A stretch of DNA of 64,000 nt from assembly GCA_000182565.2 (NCBI GenBank), contig KQ257467.1; one strand, written 5' to 3'. Source of the stretch: Spizellomyces punctatus DAOM BR117 (lineage: Eukaryota). The notes below the pieces were generated by a model. The model had not been told where the DNA came from. It was given only the letters and a program-made list of their open reading frames with translations, and searched no databases. The position numbers were made by a program, and so were the translations under genes. How positions within the stretch are numbered: the stretch's first letter is position 1; every line of letters begins with the position of its first letter. Below are positions 54,434 to 64,000 of this stretch, piece by piece.

Positions 54434-55237
54434 GCATGTAAAATACGATGCTGTGGTCCTTTCTGGCCATACGCTTTTCACTTTCTACTTCTTACTATCT
54501 ACTTTCCATCTTGAACCCAATCCATTAAGGAATAAACAAATGACTACGTTTTACCTAATCGTTCACGTTACGCGTTCGCGTTCCACGCAGGAGAAGGGCC
54601 AGGAGGTAAAAGGAGGTTGGAAGCAACAAGTTTTATTGGACGCTTCAACAACGTGCCATCGTGGAAGTCGACGACGGGATGACTTACGCAACACACCATG
54701 TGAAATCCGGAAACTTCCGCCGACGAATTCCGAAATTGCAAAAAAAAGCGCAGTCCTCCAGGGTTATAAAAAGGCGACCTTTCCACTCCCCCCCGTTCTT
54801 CTTTGTTCCCCACCTTTCGCTATTGCTTTTTAGTGTGTTAGATGTTCTTGCCTTTTTTGCTATTTTGTGTTGCATGGGACTGTAGTCTGCGTGGCCGGAG
54901 CGACTGCCTCCATCCTTAGGTGGAGCCCAATGATGGGGCCGGAGGGCACCTTTGCTCAATGATGGTCACCGGAGGGAGGGCCCGGTGGGTGAACAAAAAC
55001 ATCTTTGTTTATTCCAATGGCTGTCGCCACAAAATGGAATCAAAAAAATACTTTAAAAATAAAGGAAGAAAAAAAACATGAAAAGCAATGAGAATAAGCC
55101 ATTACAAGTGTGCTCTGAAGCAAAGCGCATCTGCTGCAAGTCCTGCATCGCAAAAAGCGTTGGTTGCTCGCTGGTTGCTTTGAGAATCAACTCCGATTTC
55201 TCACGTGACCTAATGATTAGCCCATTTGAACCACAGT

Positions 55238-58200
55238 ATGCCCCACGTCAAGCAGAGCAACGTAATCGGCAGTAGTTCTGCTGTAGGCACGTTGAGGGCT
55301 GCAGACCCTCAAAAGATGACCCAATCCCTTCTCCGCCCATTTCCGTCCGCGGGACTTGGGTCGAAGCATCAGCAACCTCTACCACACCTTTACCCGAGCA
55401 TAATGTCGGATCATGAACCAGGTCCGGCCGTGGATCGGGTCACGTCGATGGCGGCCAGCATTTCAACAGATCCACGAGCTTCTATCCCTTCGCCGGCACG
55501 GAGCAATATACCCACAACTCTGCCTGCAGCAGCAGCAGCAACTACAAGTGAAGCACCTCCAGAACTTCCGCCTCTCTGGATGAATGCTGTCTCCATTAAA
55601 GAATTGGCGGGGAGAATGATCCAATCTGGTTACGCGAAGCTGCAAGAGCTAACTCGAAGGTGAGTTGACGAGTTAAATGGTGCCACCGATTTTCTACACG
55701 AGCACGGCGTAATGCATTGGGTTATGTGAGGATCTAAGACAATGCAGCTGGCGGAGATCTCTCACCTGGCCGTGAAGAGGAGTGGAATTGATACCAACTT
55801 TGATAACTTATTCCTTTATATGTTCACAACAATGCAGTCTTCCCAACGCTCCCGAAATGGAACGAAAACGACAGCTGCTTGATTATGCCTTGTCACAGCG
55901 CAAGGAGTTTCAAAAATTGCTCGTGTTGACAAAATGGGGTAGACAGCACAAGGATTGGCAAAAAATGATGGTACGCTAGGAGATCCATTCAATTCCCTGC
56001 GCCGCATTTACTTATATGTGAATCATGTACTCCATTCAGAATCTTCATCGTTTTATTGATGAGCAGAATGATGCCTATCGAAGAACAGCCGATGGATTGT
56101 ACTTTATGGTTGATAAATTTAAGCGGATGGCCGAGTGAGTTTTTGTAGGCGTTAAATGATTGTCGAATTTCCAACCAATGTTGCTTTTTTTGGTCCAGAA
56201 CGCCCGTCCCTGACGTTCCTACAGCGATTGACGTGCTTGGCACAGGGCGCTATCAGCGCTTACCCAAAGTTCTGAGGGTAGGGAGATCATCGATTGGCAA
56301 CGTTATCGTTAAGAAGCTTGAAATGTACTTGTGTTCCAGGGTGTGCTTCCGCGAAAACCGTTGACGAAAGTTCAAACTCGAGAAACGTTGGTGACGCTAG
56401 ACGAGCTGATCAAAAGGCGACTGGAGTTGGAGATAATACCAGATTCCATGCGGAAAAATTTAGTTATCGGTATTGTTTCATTGGAGTACGTGTTGCCTTG
56501 GCATTTTGTGTTCTAACACATGATGGTCCTATGTAGAAAAGGGCTGCGTTACATTCAATGTCAACTTATTCAAAGTTTCCCTCACTCTTGTCGGTAAAGA
56601 TTTCAGTCTTCCGTGGCGGATTGTGCAATTGGAGACGCATGTCAAATCTGCTGACTCGTATGGAGGTAGGACAGTCGGCATGGGTAGATTGTGCACGATG
56701 CATTGTTTTCTTATTACGGCCAGTTGTAGGAGTTTGTCCTGGATTCATGGATCATCAAATGCAGTATATCTTGAATAGTGCACAGGTCTTGATTGAGCAA
56801 GTGCAGAAGCGCAAAGCAAAACCACCATTGTCAGGAGTTGTGGAGCAGCCAAAGCCAACGTCAATATCAGCATCCAAACTTCCAACTGTTACTCGGAATA
56901 CCGCGCGAAAACCAACATCAACCTCAGCATCGTCTGTCGCCGCTCAGAAGCCCACTATCCCTGCATCATCATCATCAAACTCTAAAGACAGAGGAAAGAA
57001 GGAGAAATCTAAAGATAAAGCGAAGGTTACTATGGCAAAGGACACCGTTGATGTGAAGGGAAAGGGTAACGGACCACGTGAGTCCAAGGAGAAAGGGAAA
57101 TCGACAGCGACAATGAAAGTACGGACCATGAAGAAGGATAAAGGCCAACTGCCAGCGACAGCTCCTTCGACTTCAGAAGCCGGAGAGGACACCAAGACAC
57201 GGGGTACCACGACTGCTCCCATCACCTCGACCACGCCCATCCCGACGACAACTTCCAGTGCTCAACCTGCAGAGGCAACATCTGTACACCCTGCGCACTC
57301 ATCTGCACCTAAGCCGCACAACCCATATGCAATCCTCCACTTACACGACTTCCTGCAGAAACTCACACTGCGGCTACAATTACAGATGCTGTATATGCAG
57401 GTCGGTTGGATAGAACGCTTTACCTGTCGGATAGCTACTTATTGTGTTGAAATAGGCCATCTTCCTCTCAAGAGAGCGGTGGCAGGGCGCTTTGAAAATA
57501 GAATACCAGCAAGATAAGGAAATGTTGCGCATACATTTCTGGGATCATGAAATTCCTGGACCGGATCCAAAAACGGTGCCTGCCGGATTCAGTATGTCGC
57601 AGCTGTAGTATCCTAGTCATGAGAGATACTTAACTTTCCCCTTTTCAGAGGTGCCACATCGCTACAACGTTTTGGAGATGGGTATCAAGGTGGAGGAGCC
57701 ATTGAAAGACCCAATGTTCGAGACGTGGGTCCGAAAACGGAAACGCAAGTTTTGGAAGCATGTCAACACCGATCTCGTTAGCGCGACGGTTTTTGGGGAC
57801 AAGAGCCGACCGCGACGGTATTTTGACATACGATGTTATAGCGTAATACCTGACTTGAAGGGAAATGTGCAGAAGCTCGAACTTGTAAATCCTCAAACCG
57901 AACAAAAAATACCTTTGACTTTGGTAAGATAAGGCGTTAAGACAATTTTGAATGATTTCTCTAGGAGTAACACGACACTACACTCGATGCAGGATCCATC
58001 AAATTTGGATCTTGAACGACTGCTTAATAATATCGCAGAGCTCCAATGCCGCTTCACGCTTCGCCGAATGCGAAATATCGCTCTTGGACTACCCATCAAC
58101 TCTGGATTGGCAGAGATCGGGTTTATAACGCCACCGCTTGCCGAGGGGGACAATGCTGCATCCAGCGATTTGAGTTCCATTCCTGGCGACTCCTTGCCTC

Positions 58201-61200
58201 TATCCCCCGGCCGATCCACGGGTAGTGCTTCGTCTGTATACAAGCGGAAGCGTGACGCGGATGATGTGGAAGCGTCGCGTACCATGAAGAAGGGAAAACA
58301 AGATGCGGAAGGCGTGGAAGCAGCAGTGAATAAGCGAAAACGTGAATTGGAAATGGGTCACGAACCGGAGAGGACCAGTGGAGCACAGGACGGTCGAATG
58401 TTGTTCCAAGAGCAGGATCTGGAGCTCAAAGAGTGGTTTCCTACTGGGACGGCACACGAATGCATTCAACCTGAGCTTGAAGTAACATATCGACCTCAGC
58501 GCACACTCAAAATCGTCGTGGATATCCGTACAGGAAGGATCATGGTGTTGATGGATGGTAAACGCGGACAAACGACTGGGGACATCAAGCTGATGGGCAT
58601 CGAACAAAGGCTTAACGATCATATAGAAGAAACATTAGACATTTTGATGTACATGCGTTATTCGGTAAGGAAGTGCCAGCGGTATTAGGAGACCTGCTCA
58701 CTAACTAACTCTACCATGTTTTCAGTCTTACATTGATGACATTGAGGCTTGGGCACGGCGACTGGGACTGCGGGCTTTTCGGAACACTCCGCTCAAGTCA
58801 GAAGGTCCGTTTTTGGTTTCCAATTTCTTAATGATGGTGTCGCTAATCAGGGCATTAATGTATTTCAGAGGACTCAAAGATTGCAAAATTGTTGCCTCTT
58901 CATCGAATTTACCTTCGCCTACCTGCCTTCAGCGAGGGTTGGATAGTCGTAGCTGTAGCCCCGTTGAAACAGTGGCTGACTACGTACGGTGATCGACCTG
59001 CCGGAAGTGAGGCAAAAGCACGATTGAATTTGGGCGTCAAAGAGGATGATGCAATCTTTAGAGTATGGTTTATGATGACAAAGTAAGATAAAACCTCACC
59101 AAATGTTCGCCTGTGGCCTTTATTCTAATCTGGTGTGGCGGTAGATACGAGAGACGACGAGTGAAACGATTTGGCCGCGTGAAAAAGGAGATGCTGAGAG
59201 AAATAGAATTTATCACTCCTTTGTCAGTGGACGATGTGTTTGGAAGAGAGTTTTCGGGATATCAAGGGACAAAGCCATCCCAGATGATTGTGAACGCTGA
59301 TGATGGAGAGGGATCTTTTCCTCGGAAGAAAATAAAGTCAATGGAAAGCTCCATTCCTGTCAAAGGACAAGCGGCCGAGGACGGTTCTAGCTCCGCTGAA
59401 CTGGAGTCACTTGACGAAATGTTGCACAGTTGGGACCATCTTGATTACGAAACACTGGCCAAAGTGGAAACAATTTGCAGGTATGTGATGAATGTGTTCG
59501 CTCTCGTACCGCGAGAATAAGCTTGCCTAAAAAAATCTCTCTTTTATTTTGGTAGATTGCAGTATGGCTTTACTAGAGTCACGACAGAACTGCACATGCG
59601 CCAGGTGCCATATGAATACATTCTCGGCTCTTCCTTGCCAAGGGTCACCCCAGAGGAACTTGAAATACCGGAGACGCGCATTGCCGGACGAGGAATGCGA
59701 ATCTGTATTCCAGTCGATTATTTTGCAGAAGAGGATGCTGGTTGGAGGAGCGCGATTTTACCGTTTGGAGAGTTGTACATTAGTATCGAGAGTAATGTTG
59801 TCAGAGGCGCGACATCTGGAGTTACAAAAGTGCCGAGTGCAAAGATCCCTTTTGGAACTCCAACCACGGTAAAAAGCGCCCACGTTTTGAGCGTTTGTGT
59901 TATTAAAATGCAACTGGGAGTTCCGCCCATTGAAAAGCCAGCGTCAGGTCTGTCCCCGTCTTTTGGTGGCTTTTGTAATGAAAGCAATGCTCATTCCCTT
60001 TGTTAGAGGATTTTACGTTCGAACCTCAATCACACGCAATTACTTTCCGGTTTGTGGATGTCGATGAAATTGAGGACTGTGTTGCCCTGTTATTGGCTCG
60101 TATGCGATCAATCGTTATGATGACGCGGCTTGCACAACAAAGTACGTATATGTAGTATGATTCCTTGAATGGTGCATGGGGGTGAAGTTCTGACATCTGC
60201 TTTTGTAGCTGTCCGAAATAAGAAAAGGCTCGAGAAGATTGGAGTGCAGTTTGAGCGGTTTGACCTGGTAACCCTCAGTTTGACGTTCGGAGAAGACGTT
60301 CAAATCAAGCTGTGGTGGGAGGATGGAGGGGAAGAAAAGCTGCCGGACGGGTCCATCGTGGCGAAAGATGGTACCTTTCGCACTGCGTTCATACAGCAGA
60401 AGAGCATAAACGCAACAGGTACCAAAGGAATACCGCTGGAGATGTATGAAAGAATCAAAGACTTTTTTGAGGAGCACTTGAATACCGGAAGGGACCTGGC
60501 ACAGTCGCTTTTGGTGAGTTTCGTTGTCAATAGACGAACAAGAAGCAATTGATCTCTGAATACGTTCTTGTTTAAAGATGCTCTGGCATATGGCGCCATT
60601 ACTTCGATTAGTGTGGCAAGTGGAGCAGAAACGGAATGTTGATGCGTATGCACTGGAGAGCGGCAAGCCTCTCGTGAAACTTACGGTTCACTCATTGAGT
60701 CGAGTGCAGCTGGTATATGCGGAAATCTATAGTGTCGACTTTGTACTCCACCGGTCAGGCACGTTTGCTGTTTACGACAGCGCTCGATCGTCACCCAAAA
60801 GCAAAGACGCCATGCAGGTTTATTCCGAGATCCCCCAGTTCTATGCTGGGGCTGGGCTGACCACGGTGTTGGCCAATTCGGTCTATGATGCATCCGTGCC
60901 GGCTGGAACCCGCGCGTTAGCCGTACCCTATGGCGTGTTCTTTGATGGGCCGATGCTGGAGCTTGCTGTTACTAAAGTCGATTCGCATTTGACCAATATT
61001 ACTAGTTTAATGTGGTTTAATAGTGAGGCGCAAAAGCGGCTACCGGTATGTGTACGCAACATCGTAATCTCGTTGATCTTGTTCTTCGGCTAATATTGGT
61101 GCCCCCAGGCAACTGATGTCAAATTTGACATTAAAACGGAGACCGAGTCGTCAGTGATTATTCGGACGGAGGCTAGGGCATTCTATATTTCGGTAAACGC

Positions 61201-62084
61201 CGCCAGTAAATGGAAGGTGGCGACCCTCGGTATGCGTGCGTATTAAGTGTGGTACTTTGTTGCATCTGTCATTTTGCCATGTGCTGACCTCGAGTGTTTT
61301 TCTGCATAGCTGGTGGCGAAGTCAGCGGAGAAAATATACGTAATGATCTGTGGAGAATGATGTCGGATTCTATATCGGCAAAGGTAAGAGAATGGAGATA
61401 TTGTCATGTTCCAGCGCTTCAACTGTCAACCGGGCTCAATTCCGGCACTTTCCAGCTGAATGCTTTGCCACCCGGGACCAATATGCGTCCGTTCTTGATG
61501 ACGTTTGTGGATATGCTCTTGATGTGGCGGGATCCTATGGCTGATCTTCTCAAACTGATCGAGTTTGAGAAGAAACAAGCGGATGAGAACTTGCGGTTGA
61601 CGGTAGAGTGGTGCCTCGCGATTCCACCGGATGCGCCAGAGTATCTAGGAAAGGTTGGGACTCCGGCGTTTCATGTTCAATTGGATATGCATAGGATGAG
61701 CGTTCTGGTATGTGGAAACCCCGACCATTTCAACTGTTTGCCACGTACTTGTGCTCATCCTCAGCATCCTCTTTGCTACAGTACCGGTTTACAGACACTC
61801 AAACAAATGAGAATGTCCTCTTCCCGCTCCTCTACAATGTCACGACTGGGGTCCTCTGCCCGTGGGAAGCCACTCCCGATAATGATTTTACTCAATTAAG
61901 CGAAATGAACAACCTTCTTTACCAACGCCTACGAGATGACTGGAACAAGGAAAACTTTTTGTCCTTGTTGGTAAAGATGAGCCTTACTCCAAAGATTGCC
62001 GAGTCGATGGGATTGCCTGGAAAATTGTTTCCGATTATCAAGCAGTGCTGTAAAGGCAATCTACGGTATTTGAAGAAAAAGTAG
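55238..62084 (+). CDS. MED14: Mediator subunit 14 (Rgr1); many introns
   Basis: Med14 N-domain motifs VSIKELAGRMIQSGYAKLQEL, ERKRQLLDYALSQRKEFQKLLVLTKW and PVPDVPTAIDVLGTGRYQRLP; later LHDFLQKLTLRLQLQMLYMQ. Downstream exons are joined by eye, so the 3' part is less certain. Confidence 0.85.
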
Positions 62085-62616
62085 TGTGACGGAATATGGT
62101 GCTGGCCGTGTGAAAAAAGGAAATTGAACGAAGTTGGGAATGTACAGCCGCCCCGTGTGATTTAGCACACAATTGGGATTTGCCAATCTTTTTTTTATCC
62201 GGGGGGTTTTTTATTCCTGTCTTTTGTATAGTTAGATGATGTTGAAAGTCTTGACTGTAATTGTTGTGTTGTGGTGGTTTTGTATCATAATTTGGTGGGT
62301 TTATTTATCCTTTGCGTGGTCTGGTGGTAATGAGCGGAAATGAAAAGAATGAAGGGCTCAGCTGGATAAGGGTGTACAAGATTGTAATGCATTGTTGGTA
62401 AAAAGAAGTCCCAGAGTAAGGGATTGCAGACTGGTACAAGGCGTTGAGGAAATGGAGATCTTTGGCTGGAGTCAGTATTCTTTAATCTTTTCATGTTGCA
62501 GCCTACTTCCTATACAAGCTTTTGCAAACTGATCCTACAGACTATATGGTACATGTGGGAGACGAGTCTATCCAAACTTCGCCTCTTAAACTATTCAAAC
62601 GCTACACTAACAATGC

Positions 62617-64000
62617 CTATGACGACTCTGCAACCTTTGGCTCATCTGGTAGCACACATACTTCCGCATGCGAGACGCCCAAACCATCCACCAAACTCTC
62701 ATACACGAACCCTTCAAACGGCTTTGGACCACACACCAAAATCTTTTGCGATGCATCCGACATTGTCCTATTCCACCCCGCAACATTCAATGCCTGGTCC
62801 AAGACGGCTTGATCCAGCCTTCCCTCGTGCACGATGCACGAGTCCGAAAACGAAGCTTTTGGCGCTGGTGTGGAAAGAACCCACATGACACGAAGCTGGC
62901 CTGGATAGGCCAAGCAAGCTCCCTCAATAAGTTCCCGGCCAATACAGTCATCAACAGAATGTACACACGATAAGAGCGTCACGACGGGGAGGGCCCCACA
63001 TGGGGGATACGTGACGCCCAAGGGGAAGACACCAGACTCGTTGGTGGTTATGTTGCGCCCTTCTGCCCATCCATCATAAGAGTGTGAGTGGACGAGAACT
63101 TGATCGGAGGGAGACAGGGCGAGTTCGTCGGGGTTTTGTGGTGAGTAGGATTGGAAGACTTGGAGGGGAACTTGGGCGGGTAAAAAGAGGGTTGAAAGGA
63201 ATTGAAGGGCTTGAACGAGTGCCGAACCCGCCGAGATGTAAAGAATTTTTTCAGGAATGCTTTGTGTGGATGAGAGGGGACGAGATGGGTGTGTTGAGAA
63301 CGTGCCCACACCGCACGGTCCTCGGAACTTCCATTGTCGTTCCCCTTCTTTAGATCGAGTCAAAAAGGAGGATACGGGCCCTCCAGTGTGTTTGACAATG
63401 ATTTCAAAGGACCCCATAGATCCATTTATGGGAGTGTAGAATCTCGTGTGGATGGTGTTGTTGATGCGCGTTGAGAGCTGGATGGCCTGTCCTGGAACAA
63501 AGTGGGGTGGGTTGGTTGCAGTGTGTGGGTAGAGGATCGTGAATTTGAGCTTGTAGATGGGGGATGAGTGCGAGGGTGGAGTGAGGAGAGTCGACGATAC
63601 GAGGGCGTATCGATGGTATTGGGCTGGAATCCAGGTTGCGGATGAACCTGTGATTTCGCCCACCAGTAAGGTGGAGAGTCTTGCGAGGGCTGCGTTAGTG
63701 TGGGAATGGGTTCTCCGTGACTTTTGAATCAGCCGCCATTCCTGTTCGGTAAAGCTTGTTGAGCCGTACGTTGGTGGGGCGGCTGAGCTCGACCTCGGCG
63801 AGCTAGCCTCCATGAGCGTTTTGCGACGAGGCAAGGTCCTGACGCGGGGCAAGCTATTGTTCAAGTTGCTCTTGCCGTTTATTTCTGGAAGAACAGACGC
63901 ACGGTCGATACCGTCGCTCACATTTTCTCGCCGCAAAAACTCGTCGGGATCTACACCCGCTTCCCCAAAGTAATCGTTGGTAATGTCCGTTCCTGCCACC
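62617..64000 (-). CDS. 5'-truncated flavohaemoprotein: C-terminal part of a cytochrome b5 domain, FNR-type FAD-binding domain, and NAD(P)-binding domain with an inserted SH3 domain
   Basis: b5-like AGTDITNDYF...HSHTNAALARLSTLLVGEI; FAD domain PGQAIQL, RFYTP, FEIIVK, GPVSSFL and FRGP; NAD domain YISAGSA and ILVCGPKPF; SH3-like YSPQNPDELAL...DGWAEG...SGVFP. Confidence 0.85.
   Translation of the reverse strand, partial: VAGTDITNDYFGEAGVDPDEFLRRENVSDGIDRASVLPEINGKSNLNNSLPRVRTLPRRKTLMEASSPRSSSAAPPTYGSTSFTEQEWRLIQKSRRTHSHTNAALARLSTLLVGEITGSSATWIPAQYHRYALVSSTLLTPPSHSSPIYKLKFTILYPHTATNPPHFVPGQAIQLSTRINNTIHTRFYTPINGSMGSFEIIVKHTGGPVSSFLTRSKEGERQWKFRGPCGVGTFSTHPSRPLSSTQSIPEKILYISAGSALVQALQFLSTLFLPAQVPLQVFQSYSPQNPDELALSPSDQVLVHSHSYDGWAEGRNITTNESGVFPLGVTYPPCGALPVVTLLSCVHSVDDCIGRELIEGACLAYPGQLRVMWVLSTPAPKASFSDSCIVHEGRLDQAVLDQALNVAGWNRTMSDASQKILVCGPKPFEGFVYESLVDGLGVSHAEVCVLPDEPKVAESS

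Noticed and set aside
6333-61455. About ten short stop-free introns of 3n length (e.g. 6333-6401, 6500-6553, 10243-10299, 10380-10442, 26097-26159, 39850-39918, 61384-61455)
   Set aside because: With roughly 100 introns of ~60 nt, about this many are expected by chance. Only the 168-nt CCT4 case was kept.

Overview
A gene-dense, intron-rich eukaryotic window. Short (mostly ~55-80 nt) GT-AG introns, fungal-type housekeeping genes and a full-length HYDIN (flagellar central-pair protein) point to a zoosporic fungus, probably a chytrid; this is inference, not a database match. I can support 15 protein-coding genes: PFK with an N-terminal glyoxalase-like domain, RPL12, NEO1/ATP9 flippase, HYDIN, COX4/COX5B, an R3H-SUZ protein, a UPF0658-like membrane protein, PP2A B56/RTS1, CCT4, a YANK/STK32 kinase, a giant coiled-coil protein with a 126-bp tandem array (crossing an 827-N gap), two uncharacterised proteins, MED14, and a 5'-truncated cytochrome b5/FNR-type reductase. 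I saw no tRNA, rRNA, CRISPR array or intact mobile element. The most unusual items are: (1) the reductase, which has an SH3 domain inserted in its NAD(P)-binding domain and a b5 domain split by a long insert; (2) a possibly myristoylated protein with apparently tandem Pil1/Lsp1-like BAR segments and a GC-AG intron; (3) an intronless protein that may combine a Ras-association-like domain, a coiled coil and an RVxF motif; (4) a splice-phase conflict in the kinase's first intron; (5) three long, structured first introns. Exon boundaries were placed by eye.
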